From NCBI RefSeq assembly GCF_000253055.1, contig NC_016070.1, positions 1,470,001 to 1,502,000 of the forward strand: a stretch of 32,000 nucleotides of DNA, read 5' to 3'. The translations under genes and the position numbers were made by a program. Under the pieces are notes generated by a model. The model was not told where the DNA came from, did no database searches, and was given only the letters and a program-made list of their open reading frames with translations. This DNA is from Thermoproteus tenax Kra 1. GTDB taxonomy: Archaea; Thermoproteota; Thermoprotei; Thermoproteales; Thermoproteaceae. Each line of letters begins with the position of its first letter. Positions within the stretch are counted from its first letter, which is position 1. Below are positions 1 to 9,513 of the stretch, piece after piece.

Positions 1-1759
1 ATAGAGGGCGCCTTATACGTCCGCCATCGCAGTTCACATATATCGAGTTGCCCAAGAGGGCGACATTAACTTCGTCGTGGACCTTCCCTTGTCTCCTCAT
101 GGTTCTGATGTTTTTAACCAACTCCTCCGGCTCTGGATGCACTCCTATCAATCTGCCGTTGAGGTACACCTCAGCTCCAGCTACGCCGTTACGTCTAGCC
201 TCTAACACGGGCACTACGCCCAAATTATACAAGAGTCCCTCCACACTCGACTCATCAACTCCCATTGTCACTTCAGCCAACAAAGCCAAATTCTTGACCA
301 ACCCGACGTTCTGACCTTCAGGCGTCTCAACGGCGCATAGTCTGCCCCACTGGGTTGGATGAAGATCGCGGGCCTCGAAGTGAGGCTGAGTTCTGCTCAA
401 AGAAGATACGACCCTCCTCAGATAACTAAGCGTCGACAGATAGTTAGTTCTGTCAAGTATCTGCGAAACGCCCGTCTTTCCTCCCACCCAGTTTCCTGTG
501 GCGAGCGCCTGTTTCACACGCTCCGTAATAATGTCGGGTCTCACTATGGTCTGAAGGTGAGGTATCTTGCCTCTGGCGTAATATTTCTCCAATTGATTCT
601 TCAACTCTTGGAGGAACTGCTTCATCACAGTTCTGAATAGTTGGGCCAACAGATCGTTGACCAGTCGCACGCGCTTATTGGCGACGTGATCCTTATCGTC
701 TGGCCTCCTTCTGCCGAGTTGCATCTCTATGAGGCCCTTGGCTACTTGGCCCAACAACAACGCCTTCTTTATTCTGGCCTCCTGCATGGCCTTATCGTCT
801 GGCTTCTGTGGGTTCAAGTTCGGCAGGAAGTATTTGTCGAGTATCTGGAGCGCCCTCTCTATCCTTATGGGCCGGGGCTGTCCCACGGCTATCTTGCCGC
901 CTATGAAGTCCAGTGCATCGTCCCTAGTAGTGGCTATCTCTTGTCCAGCCAACAGCGAGGGCAATAGCTCCTTCTGGATATCGGGATCGTCAGAGACGGC
1001 AAGAACTATATCTTGGTCGCTCTCTAGACCCATGGCGCGCATGTAGACCGTGAAAGGTATTCTCACCGGTATGGCGGAAAGCGTCACGTATATTACGCCG
1101 TCTTTGTGATATTCCACCGTCATGGTAGCGCGGTAGCCCGGCCCCGTTGAGATCACCTTGGCGAGATATCTTACCGTTGGTTTATCGCCTACGTCATATA
1201 TAGGCCTATCTGTCACAAGATCCTCTTGGCTTATAACAACGCGCTCGCTTCCGTTAATTATGAAGTAGCCGCCCGGATCCTCCGGATCCTCAAACTTCTT
1301 GGCATACTCCTCCGGCTTTAGTCTAGTCAAGTTGCACCTCTTAGACTTAACTACTATTGGCAGCTCGCCCGCGTATATTGTTTCTGTCGCGTAGGGCTCA
1401 TCGTCGACGTAAAGCGTCATTGTGAGATATATGGGGGCACTGTAGGTGGCGTTGCGCAGCCTGGCCTCCATGGGATAGATGAGAGATTCCGAGCCGTCCG
1501 GCTCCTTTATACGCGGCCAACCAATTTCAACCCTCTCTATCACGACTTTCAAGCCCTTTATCTCCGTCTCCACAGTCCCCATCTCCTCAACGATCTTGGG
1601 CAGACGCCTTTCAACAAAGTCGTTGAAAGCTCTTATCTGGTGGTCTACTATGCCTCTATCCCTTATGAACGCCCTTACGAGGGCCCATCTGTCATCGGAG
1701 GTAGGAAACAGCCCATCCCCTCCTCGATATTTAATGGGTATGGGGAGCAGATCTACCAT
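1..1759 (-). CDS. rpoB: DNA-directed RNA polymerase subunit B (5' part, runs off the left edge)
   Basis: Reverse-strand reading from CAT 1757-1759 gives MVDLLPIPIKYRGGDGLFPTSDDRWALVRAFIRDRGIVDHQIRAFNDFVERRLPKIVEEMG... and continues open to base 1 (..GGYFIINGSERVVISQEDL.., ..VETPEGQNVGLVKNLAL..). Absent from the track because it has no stop in the window. Confidence 0.97.
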   Translation of the reverse strand, partial: MVDLLPIPIKYRGGDGLFPTSDDRWALVRAFIRDRGIVDHQIRAFNDFVERRLPKIVEEMGTVETEIKGLKVVIERVEIGWPRIKEPDGSESLIYPMEARLRNATYSAPIYLTMTLYVDDEPYATETIYAGELPIVVKSKRCNLTRLKPEEYAKKFEDPEDPGGYFIINGSERVVISQEDLVTDRPIYDVGDKPTVRYLAKVISTGPGYRATMTVEYHKDGVIYVTLSAIPVRIPFTVYMRAMGLESDQDIVLAVSDDPDIQKELLPSLLAGQEIATTRDDALDFIGGKIAVGQPRPIRIERALQILDKYFLPNLNPQKPDDKAMQEARIKKALLLGQVAKGLIEMQLGRRRPDDKDHVANKRVRLVNDLLAQLFRTVMKQFLQELKNQLEKYYARGKIPHLQTIVRPDIITERVKQALATGNWVGGKTGVSQILDRTNYLSTLSYLRRVVSSLSRTQPHFEARDLHPTQWGRLCAVETPEGQNVGLVKNLALLAEVTMGVDESSVEGLLYNLGVVPVLEARRNGVAGAEVYLNGRLIGVHPEPEELVKNIRTMRRQGKVHDEVNVALLGNSIYVNCDGGRIRRPL

Positions 1760-1998
1760 TAGCCCGGCACAACTAGTCTATATATAACTGATTCTCCCGC
1801 AGTCTCAGAACGTCTCACTATCTTGATCACATCGCCTGGCTTCGCGCCAACCGCTTTAACAAGGGGATCGCTCGACCTTATCCAAGGTATCTGCCAGGGC
1901 CTTACTCTCAGCTTTCGGAGCAACGCCCTGGCCTCCTCCTTAGTTAATACGACGACCTCCTGAGGCCCTAGAGAGTGCTCAAGAACTCTTTTGCTCAC
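1759..1998 (-). CDS. rpoH: DNA-directed RNA polymerase subunit H (Rpb5 C-terminal homologue)
   Basis: VSKRVLEHSLGPQEVVVLTKEEARALLRKLRVRPWQIPWIRSSDPLVKAVGAKPGDVIKIVRRSETAGESVIYRLVVPG. GTG start at 1998 preferred over the track start (2058) because a TATA-like box lies about 22 nt upstream. Stop overlaps rpoB start as TAATG. Confidence 0.95.
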   Translation of the reverse strand: MSKRVLEHSLGPQEVVVLTKEEARALLRKLRVRPWQIPWIRSSDPLVKAVGAKPGDVIKIVRRSETAGESVIYRLVVPG

Positions 1999-2017
1999 GG
2001 GGGTGTGTAAAAACCAC

Positions 2018-2024
2018 TTTTTAT
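2018..2024 (-). promoter_or_regulatory. TATA-like box for rpoH/rpoB in the atpA-rpoH gap
   Basis: CATAAAAA (minus strand) centred about 22 nt upstream of GTG 1998. Confidence 0.5.
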
Positions 2025-2038
2025 GTCTACTCTCAACG

Positions 2039-3820
2039 TTAGACGGCCCGCTTAGCAACTAGCTCCGCTATAGAGGCCTTCAAAGCCTCTAAGGCCTTCT
2101 CTAGCTCTTCAACTTTGTCGTTTGTCACCTCCATACGAAGTCTCGGTATACGTTTCACTATGTCGAGCTCTCTCAGCGCAGAGGCGGCCACTCCGGACTC
2201 AACCGCCTTCAAGCCCTCGGTATAATAGGTATATATAATCTTCATAAGCAACACTTGCTTCTTGGGAGAGCTGGGCGTGTCGACTGGATTAAACGCGTCT
2301 TGCTTTAAGAAGCCCTCTCTGATTAAGAAGGCCGTATTAAGTATGTGTTTCTCAGCCTCGCTCAGCGCCTCGGTGCCTAATATGCGCACTATCTCCTGCA
2401 ACTCGGCCTCTCTGCTGAGAACTGTCTGTAGAGTATCGCGCATACGCCGCCACTCAGGGTCTACTCCCTTAATCCACCACTCCTGAACTGTATCAACATA
2501 TCGAGAGAATCCCATGAGCCAGTCTATGGCAGGGTAATGCCTCGAATACGCAAGCCTGGGAGACAGGGGCCAGAACGCGCCTATAAACCTCAGGGTGTTA
2601 GATGTAACGGGCTCTGTGAAGTCGCCGCCTGGCGGGCTCACAGAAGCCGCTATAGTCAGAGAGCCGACTCTCTCCTCCCTTCCTATCAATATAACTCTGC
2701 CAGCGCGTTCGTAGAACTCGGCCAGCCTAGTGGGCAGATAAGCTGGGTAGCCCTCCTCCGACGGCATCTCTCCGATGCGTAACGCCACCTCTCTCATGGC
2801 CTCAGCCCACCGCGATGTTGAGTCCGCAGAGACCAATACATCGTACCCCATATCTCTGAAATATTCGCCTATAGTGGCCCCAGTATATATGGAGGCCTCT
2901 CTGGCTGCGACCGGCATATTGGAGGTGTTGACGATTATCGACGTGCGCTCCAACAATGATTTGCCAGTGAAGGGATCCTTGAGCTTTAACAAACCTTGAA
3001 GCGCATCGGCGGCTTCGTTTCCGCGCTCTCCGCACAAGACCGGTACTACTATCCTAGCTTGGGCGTATAGGAATAGAGTGCGAATTGTGACCGTTTTGCC
3101 GCTGCCGAAGGGGCCCGGAATAGAGGCGGCGCCGCCCTTGGCCACCGGGAACATGGTATCTATGGTTCTCACTCCGGTGATCAAGGGCTCTACCGGCGGG
3201 AGCTTCTCCTTGAACGGCCTGGGCCTGCGGACGGGCCATTTATGCCACATCTTTACCTCGACCACTCCGTGTTTCGTCCTTATCCTCGCGATCACATCGT
3301 CCACCCTATATTTGCCCTCGGCGATCCACTCCACTGTGCCGGGCGTGTTTCCGGGCAGAGGAGGATACATTATCCTATGCTCTATGAGCGAGGTCTCTTG
3401 CACTACGCCCAATATATCTCCCGGCCATATCTCACTCCCTTGCTTCACCACGGGCTTGAAGTCGTACTCGGCCTTGAGGTCTAAAGGAGGCGCTTGATCG
3501 TAACCTATGCCGCGGGCTACGAACGGCGTCTTAGTGGTCTCAAATATGAGTTTCAGAGGTCTTTGAACGCCATCGTATATCCTGCCCAACAAGCCCGGAC
3601 CCAACCAAGCGCTCAGCGGCTCTCCGCTTCTCACCACGGGCTCTCCCGGCTTAATGCCCGTAGTGTCCTCATATACCTGTATAAACGCTTTATCGCCCTG
3701 AACTCTAACGACCTCGCCGAACAGCTTTAGCTCTCCCACGAACACTAGTTCATAGAGCCTTGCGCCAGGCAGATCGGCCTTGACTACAGGCCCAGAGATG
3801 TACTCTATCCGGCCGCTCAT
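2039..3820 (-). CDS. atpA: V/A-type ATP synthase catalytic subunit A
   Basis: 593 aa; MSGRIEYISGPVVKADLPGARLYELVFVG..., P-loop GPFGSGKTV, ..EYFRDMGYDVLVSADSTSRWAEAMREVALRIGEMPSEEGYPAYL. Confidence 0.97.
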   Translation of the reverse strand: MSGRIEYISGPVVKADLPGARLYELVFVGELKLFGEVVRVQGDKAFIQVYEDTTGIKPGEPVVRSGEPLSAWLGPGLLGRIYDGVQRPLKLIFETTKTPFVARGIGYDQAPPLDLKAEYDFKPVVKQGSEIWPGDILGVVQETSLIEHRIMYPPLPGNTPGTVEWIAEGKYRVDDVIARIRTKHGVVEVKMWHKWPVRRPRPFKEKLPPVEPLITGVRTIDTMFPVAKGGAASIPGPFGSGKTVTIRTLFLYAQARIVVPVLCGERGNEAADALQGLLKLKDPFTGKSLLERTSIIVNTSNMPVAAREASIYTGATIGEYFRDMGYDVLVSADSTSRWAEAMREVALRIGEMPSEEGYPAYLPTRLAEFYERAGRVILIGREERVGSLTIAASVSPPGGDFTEPVTSNTLRFIGAFWPLSPRLAYSRHYPAIDWLMGFSRYVDTVQEWWIKGVDPEWRRMRDTLQTVLSREAELQEIVRILGTEALSEAEKHILNTAFLIREGFLKQDAFNPVDTPSSPKKQVLLMKIIYTYYTEGLKAVESGVAASALRELDIVKRIPRLRMEVTNDKVEELEKALEALKASIAELVAKRAV

Positions 3821-4377
3821 AGGACAGAATAAATAACCCTTTTAATTTCTTCTATATTACTACTTATTAAACTCTCTATACTCATATCTAATGTTATAGA
3901 TCCATCACGGGAAGATGCGATGAGGCCGCCCAGAATGTCCTTCTCTTCAACCTCTCCTCTTATGTTGAGCTTCCTCATAAGCGCCGTCACTGCGTTCTTG
4001 TCCTTTGCCGAAACATAGACAACCATATTATCGCCGACTATCTCTCTGGCCTTAACTAACGAGGTCTCAATGAATTTTATATATCTCTCATTTGTTCTAT
4101 TATTATCAATATATCTATATATTTCTGTTTTAACCTTCTCGACGACCTCATTGTAGGTCTCGGCTACCTTCTTTCGGCTCTCCACTAAGGCCTCGTAGAG
4201 AAGTCTCTCCCTCTCAAGAGTCATCTGGCTCTGGGCACTCGCTATCTGCTCCGAATATTTCGTCAATATCGTATACGATCTCTGTCTAATACTATTTTCT
4301 AGATCATCGATAATTTTACGTTTAAAATCCTCAAGCTCCTTTATGTGTTGATTTACTAGGTCTTGGAAAAAGCTCAC
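3817..4377 (-). CDS. atpE: V/A-type ATP synthase subunit E
   Basis: 186 aa coiled-coil protein, start region and position typical of subunit E; ATGA-type overlap with atpA (3817-3820). Confidence 0.75.
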   Translation of the reverse strand: MSFFQDLVNQHIKELEDFKRKIIDDLENSIRQRSYTILTKYSEQIASAQSQMTLERERLLYEALVESRKKVAETYNEVVEKVKTEIYRYIDNNRTNERYIKFIETSLVKAREIVGDNMVVYVSAKDKNAVTALMRKLNIRGEVEEKDILGGLIASSRDGSITLDMSIESLISSNIEEIKRVIYSVL

Positions 4378-4428
4378 ATCCCTTGAAAAAAGAGTTTTTT
4401 AAAGCCTTATTCCCTCGTTGCAACGGCG

Positions 4429-4719
4429 TCAGCCTCCCAGTACTTGTCTAACCAACTGCAAGTAATTGACCTCTCTTTCCATATTTTCCATGACGCTGGG
4501 AACTTCAACGAAAACTTTATTGGGATTTCTCATCCTCAGCTCATCGAGCTCTTTCCTCATTTCTTTTGCATAATTTGATGATATAAAAAACACATTGTAT
4601 ATATGTAAATTTTTCAATAAATACTCATACAATTCCTTTGCATTATTAAAAGATCTGCCATTAAATCCCATTAGCTTAAAGAGATCGACGGTATATTTAT
4701 CGCCTAACACTATGGACAC
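4429..4719 (-). CDS. atpF: V/A-type ATP synthase subunit F
   Basis: 96 aa; SIVLGDKYTVDLFKLMGF.. resembles the subunit F N-terminus (GDxxTVxGFRLaG); located upstream of E and A. Confidence 0.7.
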   Translation of the reverse strand: MSIVLGDKYTVDLFKLMGFNGRSFNNAKELYEYLLKNLHIYNVFFISSNYAKEMRKELDELRMRNPNKVFVEVPSVMENMEREVNYLQLVRQVLGG

Positions 4720-4755
4720 GATGACGGCGGTGAATTATGCTTAAATATTTTGTCT

Positions 4756-5253
4756 CTACCACGGCTCCTTTTTTAATTTAGCAATATAAGCAAGTATATT
4801 AGTCAATCTATGAATTATTGGAGTAATAATTATTGATAATATTATTGTTAAAATAGATATATCTTTATATAGAGAATATACAAGTAATGACATTAGGAGA
4901 AAGTCGAGTTGATCGAGCGGAAAGGCAGGATAGCCCCGGGGGAGACATAGGCGCCTTTTTATAAAGGCCCCTAAGATGTCGCCAACAAGGGCTGAGACCG
5001 CTAACATGAAGGCGTCAAGAGGGGTAAGCATGTGCACCAATAGGTTGGGCAACCACCCCAGGGTGGAGCCGAACAGCGTACCTATGAGGAGCCCCTCGAA
5101 AGTTTTGCCGTCGCCTAAGATCCGGCGTCCCCTCCACATCTTCCCGAAATCCACGGGGTGGCGCCTTGGGATAAGAGCGGCGAGCACTGCGAGGCCGTTG
5201 GCAACATAGGAGGGCCAGATCAAAACTAGCGCGAAGATCAACTGATCAATCAT
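4756..5253 (-). CDS. carS: CDP-archaeol synthase (CarS family)
   Basis: MIDQLIFALVLIWPSYVANGLAVLAALIPRRHPVDFGKMWRGRRILGDGKTFEGLLIGTLFG..; multiple TM segments. Start MIDQ (5253) overlaps the upstream stop as ATGA; the track start (5313) is longer. Confidence 0.88.
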   Translation of the reverse strand: MIDQLIFALVLIWPSYVANGLAVLAALIPRRHPVDFGKMWRGRRILGDGKTFEGLLIGTLFGSTLGWLPNLLVHMLTPLDAFMLAVSALVGDILGAFIKRRLCLPRGYPAFPLDQLDFLLMSLLVYSLYKDISILTIILSIIITPIIHRLTNILAYIAKLKKEPW

Positions 5254-5570
5254 TCGTGGTCTCTCCTTATATGGACGAGGAGCGATTTCACGTTTAAAAA
5301 CTCCCGGCCGCATACGCCACAGAAGAACCTGCGGTCTCGCCTTATGACGAAGTGTGATCTGATGTGGTCCCGGATTTCGGCTCTCTTGACTTTAGCATTG
5401 CACACGCCGCATATCGCGTCGTTGCCCGAGATCTTGACATGTTTCATATAGTGGGACACCACGTTGTCCCAAGCTATAGATTCGCCGCATATAGTGCATT
5501 TGAACTGATGCATCAGTAACAAGTAGCCCTTTTCTTCTCCGCCGCATATAAGGCATAGCTCGGCAGGCAT
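5250..5570 (-). CDS. Small multi-zinc-finger protein (C2H2-like)
   Basis: 106 aa: CLIC, CTICGESIAWDNVVSHYMKH, CGVCNAKVKRAEIRDHIRSH, CGVCGREFLNVKSLLVHIRRDH. Confidence 0.8.
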   Translation of the reverse strand: MPAELCLICGGEEKGYLLLMHQFKCTICGESIAWDNVVSHYMKHVKISGNDAICGVCNAKVKRAEIRDHIRSHFVIRRDRRFFCGVCGREFLNVKSLLVHIRRDHE

Positions 5571-5587
5571 AGCGCCAGTTAGAGATG

Positions 5588-5596
5588 TAAATATAA
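5588..5596. promoter_or_regulatory. Single TATA-like box centred between divergent starts 5570(-) and 5612(+)
   Basis: TAAATATAA, centre 5592; midpoint of the starts is 5591. Confidence 0.5.
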
Positions 5597-5611
5597 CAAT
5601 TGGGCCGAAAT

Positions 5612-6085
5612 GTGAAAGGAATCGCGATGCCGGACTGGAGGAGCGGAGCTATAGGGGTAGTAACAGCTGACGAGGACGTATCTGAGCTCATTAAGTTGAC
5701 CATGAGCGCGTGTGGAGTGTCAACTCTGAATTTATATTTAATTCCTAAATATAAAATCTCATGTTTAAATATATTTTTAAATAAATATAATTTTAGCGGA
5801 TTAGTATATATATTCGATGTATATGGAGTTACAACTCAGCTGGCCCTTGAGCGTAGAATAAATCGTGAGCGCCTCTTAGAAAGAGCGTGGGACTATATAT
5901 CATCCATAATCTGCGCGCAGACAGATCAAGCCGAATGTAACGACGAAGTTCGCCTAAAATGTTGCAAAAGACGCTGTGGCCCCCTCTGCGAACTTGCCAA
6001 ATACGTCGCCTCGGCTAAAAGGGGGGTGGTTATAGATATGAGGGACGAGCTCAGACGTGCCTTAGACATATCGCAGGACCTCTAG
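5612..6085 (+). CDS. Hypothetical protein with Cys-rich C-terminal part
   Basis: VKGIAMPDWRSGAIGVVTADEDVSELIKLTMSAC.. with ICAQTDQAECNDEVRLKCCKRRCGPLCEL. GTG 5612 or ATG 5627 are alternative starts to track start 5600. Confidence 0.7.
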   Translation: MKGIAMPDWRSGAIGVVTADEDVSELIKLTMSACGVSTLNLYLIPKYKISCLNIFLNKYNFSGLVYIFDVYGVTTQLALERRINRERLLERAWDYISSIICAQTDQAECNDEVRLKCCKRRCGPLCELAKYVASAKRGVVIDMRDELRRALDISQDL

Positions 6086-7645
6086 GCGCCTCCCCTGAGA
6101 CCTGGCCCTCAGAACCTCTTTGTATTTCTCGATCTCGGCCTCCGCCTTGCTCAGACGCTTGTCAACGTAATTTATAAAATAGCTAACTAAGAACCTTATT
6201 GGAGCATACTGGGCACCTTGGAAGTAGAACTTGTTTACTATGTCGCGCGCCCAATAAATGGAGTGTCTGGCGACGGCCTTCAGCAGATCTATGTGCTCAG
6301 GGTAGAGGTTCATCTTGTCGAGCCATCCGGATTTCTCAGCCTTTACGTGGCTCATGGGCACATAGAACAGAGGTACGATCAGAGATCTATAAGGTCTTAG
6401 TCTCTCCACGAGCTCGATAGTCTGGATGACGTCGTCTGGCTGCTCGCCGGGTAGCCCCACTATGAGTGTAATAGCGGGTATGAGTCTTAGCTCATGCATT
6501 ATGGCCATGGCCTCCTCTACTATGTCGTGCCACTGCTCGATCTTATAGGGGGCCGCCTTCCCGGGCATTATCTGCCTGGCGACCCTCACGGAGCCTGTCT
6601 CGAGACCTATCTGTGCCCCCCACCAATTCTGATGCTCATCCTCAATGATATCCGCGATCTTGCTCATCAACTTATCGTACTTTTTCTCAGCCAATAGAAC
6701 TGCGACAAACGTCGTGTGGCTCCATCCAACTTTTCTGTAGTATCTCTTGGCTAATTTATGTAGCTCAATTAGGGCCCTCGGGTTCAGCTCGACGCCGGAG
6801 GAGCCGTATAGTGGAACCTCGTCGGCGTGTAAAATACCATCGGTTACGCCCGATCTTACATTCACCTTTAACTCCTCCTCAATTTTGTCGAGAGGATACC
6901 ACCTCAGTGGTCTCAGAGTGACCGAGCAGAAGGCGCAACCCCTGGGGCAACCCCGACCTATCTCGACGAGACCATTTATGGACGCTCCCTTTATGGTCGA
7001 GATCTCGTCCAAACTTGGCGCCTCGTTTGCGCCAACGTAGATGTATCTAGGCGGCGTTTTGCCATCTAGTATTTCTTTTACAAGGTCCACGACTAACTTC
7101 TCTCCTTCTCCGTCAAATATCGTATCAATGCCCCACCGTTGGACGAGATCGGGGTAGTATAGCCACTGCCAGGCTGAGGGCCCTCCAACTATCACTTTAA
7201 GCCCGTTGGCTTTCTTGGCGGCCCATATATCTTGTTCTATTTTTTCCATGAACTTTCTAAAGAGATAAGCGTTGAGGGTCTCCTTGCCCAAGAGGACTCC
7301 CCAAGTGCTAGACGGCGGATTTACGCCGAAGTAGTCGTGATGGCTGAGCATCAAGACGCGCGCCTTGCCCAGATACCTATGGACATAGTCGGGGTCTATT
7401 ATCGCCGCGTTTATGCCTGCGTCTTGAAGCTTGGCCTCGATCTTTCTCATTCCGTAGGGGGCCTGCAGAGGCCTGCCCAGTTTATCCGTCTTGATCTTCG
7501 GGGCAAAAAGGAACGTGTGAAACCACTCCGATAGCCCAAAGGGAAGTTTTACAAAAACAGGGCCAGTGGTTCCGAAGCCCAAAAACTCCTTGCCATGATA
7601 GTTGCTCATCATGCCCCTATCCGTAGTCAAGACTACGTCGAACAT
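6062..7645 (-). CDS. B12-binding-type radical SAM protein (possible Grs-like lipid enzyme)
   Basis: 527 aa; CxxxCxxC motif in GRGCPRGCAFCSVTLRPLRWYPLDKIEEEL; N-terminal region with LLMLSHHDYFGVNPPSS-like and IVGGPSAWQW.. IDTIFDGEGEKLVVDLV elements typical of B12-binding/radical SAM proteins. Confidence 0.9.
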   Translation of the reverse strand: MFDVVLTTDRGMMSNYHGKEFLGFGTTGPVFVKLPFGLSEWFHTFLFAPKIKTDKLGRPLQAPYGMRKIEAKLQDAGINAAIIDPDYVHRYLGKARVLMLSHHDYFGVNPPSSTWGVLLGKETLNAYLFRKFMEKIEQDIWAAKKANGLKVIVGGPSAWQWLYYPDLVQRWGIDTIFDGEGEKLVVDLVKEILDGKTPPRYIYVGANEAPSLDEISTIKGASINGLVEIGRGCPRGCAFCSVTLRPLRWYPLDKIEEELKVNVRSGVTDGILHADEVPLYGSSGVELNPRALIELHKLAKRYYRKVGWSHTTFVAVLLAEKKYDKLMSKIADIIEDEHQNWWGAQIGLETGSVRVARQIMPGKAAPYKIEQWHDIVEEAMAIMHELRLIPAITLIVGLPGEQPDDVIQTIELVERLRPYRSLIVPLFYVPMSHVKAEKSGWLDKMNLYPEHIDLLKAVARHSIYWARDIVNKFYFQGAQYAPIRFLVSYFINYVDKRLSKAEAEIEKYKEVLRARSQGRRLEVLRYV

Positions 7646-7663
7646 AACCAGATCCCGATGAGC

Positions 7664-7672
7664 TTATTAAAA
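7664..7672. promoter_or_regulatory. Single TATA-like box centred between divergent starts 7645(-) and 7691(+)
   Basis: TTATTAAAA, centre 7668; midpoint of the starts is 7668. Confidence 0.55.
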
Positions 7673-7690
7673 GCATTATCGTAAACATCG

Positions 7691-8323
7691 GTGCTTGAGG
7701 TGGTGAGAATGAGGGAGGTTGACGAAAATGAGTTGCGCTACGTGGAGGAGCTAGTGAGAGATTTTGGAGAAATACCGACAGAACTAATAGTGGTCTTTAT
7801 TAGTAGAGAGGGGGCTCTGGATATTTTCAATATCTCAGTGGATAAAGTTAAAGCAGTAAAGAGCGAGGATGGATACTTGCTTCTTGTAGCGGAGCCAGAT
7901 AAACTGTCTCTGTGGCGCGAGCTAGCGTCCATAAAGGCCGTGAGCGATCCAGAGGCTCTTTCGATCTGGACAGCGCCGGAGCGCTATAGAGACGAGCTCT
8001 CTCAATTGCTCTCAATGGCCTTGTACAAAAGGGTAGTTGACCTATACATTGCTAGAAAGGACGTTAATATTGTAAGTTCACTGTTTAATCCAAGCGAGTT
8101 GCCGGTTGAAGTAGATGACGTCAAGAGATCCTTGGTTTACACATTGGGGCTAGACGCAACGGTCAGTATAGCTATCGCTGGGTTCAAAAGTATAGCAGAG
8201 GAACTGTATGTGAAAATAAGGAGGACGCCACTGTATGATATTTATACTAGATTTAGAAATTTTGTTATAAATAATTTTAAATTTGAATATATTTATAATT
8301 ATTTAAATATATTAGTCGGTTAG
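7691..8323 (+). CDS. Conserved-looking hypothetical protein
   Basis: 210 aa ORF, GTG start; 3' end overlaps radA convergently by 12 nt. Confidence 0.7.
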   Translation: MLEVVRMREVDENELRYVEELVRDFGEIPTELIVVFISREGALDIFNISVDKVKAVKSEDGYLLLVAEPDKLSLWRELASIKAVSDPEALSIWTAPERYRDELSQLLSMALYKRVVDLYIARKDVNIVSSLFNPSELPVEVDDVKRSLVYTLGLDATVSIAIAGFKSIAEELYVKIRRTPLYDIYTRFRNFVINNFKFEYIYNYLNILVG

Positions 8324-9331
8324 CCCTTCCTCAGTTATTTTGAACGTTGCCTCGCGCTCGGGGTGATAGGGGGAATCGAAGATCTTGGCTATCCTAATGT
8401 TTTCCTTACTCTTGCGGAGCCATATGCGGTACGTGGCGCCATGCGCCAAGACGTTGCCCCCCGCCGGCTTCAGCGGATTGCCGAAGAAGACGTCCGGTTG
8501 GGCCATAACTTGGTTGGTCACCACTACGGCGACATCATAGGCGTCCGCTATCTTGAGGAGGTCGGCTATGTGCTTGTTTAACTTCTGTTGCCTTTCGGCC
8601 AAGTTCTCCCTCCCGGGAAACTCGGCGCGGAAGTGCGCCACGATTGAGTCGACCACGAGGAGCTTCACGTTGTCCTGTTTTATTATGCGGCGGGCCTGCT
8701 CGGCCAATATCATCTGGTGATCCGAGGAGTAGGCCCTAGCGTAGTATATGTTCTTGAGCGCTTGATCGGGGTCGAGGCCGCGGGCCCTCGCTATCTGGGC
8801 TATGCGCTCAGGGCGGAAAGTATTTTCGGTGTCGATATATATGGCCTTGGCCGAGAGTCCTCCCTTGTCCTCGGGGAGTTGGACCATGACGGCGAGTTGG
8901 TGGCAGAACTGAGTCTTCCCGGCCCCGAACTCTCCAGCGACCTCCGTGACGGCGCTGGTCTCAACTCCTCCGTTGAGGAGCTCGTCGAGCGACCTCACGC
9001 CAGTTGAGATGCGCTTTATGTTAACCCTCCTCCTATATACCTCGAGCGCCGATATAAAGTTGGACAGTCCCAACATGCTTCTGGCGGCCTCTATGATCTG
9101 CGCCGCCCTCTCCTCATTGCCTATAATATCGGCGATCTCTTTGACGGAGGCGAACGCCAAATCTCTCACTGTATAGTAGCCCCTCTCCTTAAGCTTCTGG
9201 CCGGTCACTCTGCCGATGCCCTCCAGCTCCTCGACATCGGCGTCGGCGCCTCTCTCAACAACAGCGACGGGCTCCTCCGCTACCTCGACATCCTGTGCCA
9301 CTGTCTCCTCTTTCTTCCGCGCTCTGGGCAC
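8312..9331 (-). CDS. radA: DNA repair and recombination protein RadA
   Basis: HhH region [28 protein letters not shown].., Walker [66 protein letters not shown] 9331 preferred because TTTATATTC lies about 24 nt upstream; the track start is 9460. Confidence 0.96.
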   Translation of the reverse strand: MPRARKKEETVAQDVEVAEEPVAVVERGADADVEELEGIGRVTGQKLKERGYYTVRDLAFASVKEIADIIGNEERAAQIIEAARSMLGLSNFISALEVYRRRVNIKRISTGVRSLDELLNGGVETSAVTEVAGEFGAGKTQFCHQLAVMVQLPEDKGGLSAKAIYIDTENTFRPERIAQIARARGLDPDQALKNIYYARAYSSDHQMILAEQARRIIKQDNVKLLVVDSIVAHFRAEFPGRENLAERQQKLNKHIADLLKIADAYDVAVVVTNQVMAQPDVFFGNPLKPAGGNVLAHGATYRIWLRKSKENIRIAKIFDSPYHPEREATFKITEEGLTD

Positions 9332-9513
9332 AATATAAAGGGCTACTTCAGAATATAAACTTGACGGAATATCCAGACGACGTTTATAGTCAGTCCCTGA
9401 CCCCGGCCTCACTGAGTCGGCGCCAGCAGGTTCTCCATCCGGTATTAAGGCAATCTCCATTTTAAATAGAAAGTGCGGCGATAAAGCGTATAAAAACTCT
9501 ATGCTTAAAACGC

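Noticed and set aside
48-1787. Plus-strand ORFs at 48..314, 359..640, 641..967, 729..1046, 1479..1787
   Set aside because: All lie opposite the continuous rpoB reading frame on the - strand and show low-complexity or biased composition typical of antisense ORFs.
2262-3730. Antisense ORFs opposite atpA (2262..2486, 2537..2782, 2775..2999, 3078..3497, 3494..3730) and alternative - ORFs (2802..3035, 3054..3239)
   Set aside because: They overlap a fully convincing ATPase subunit A gene and have no family resemblance.
9332-9513. C/D-box sRNA in the radA upstream region (several CTGA motifs)
   Set aside because: CTGA motifs occur on both strands but no TGATG-type C box at suitable distance.
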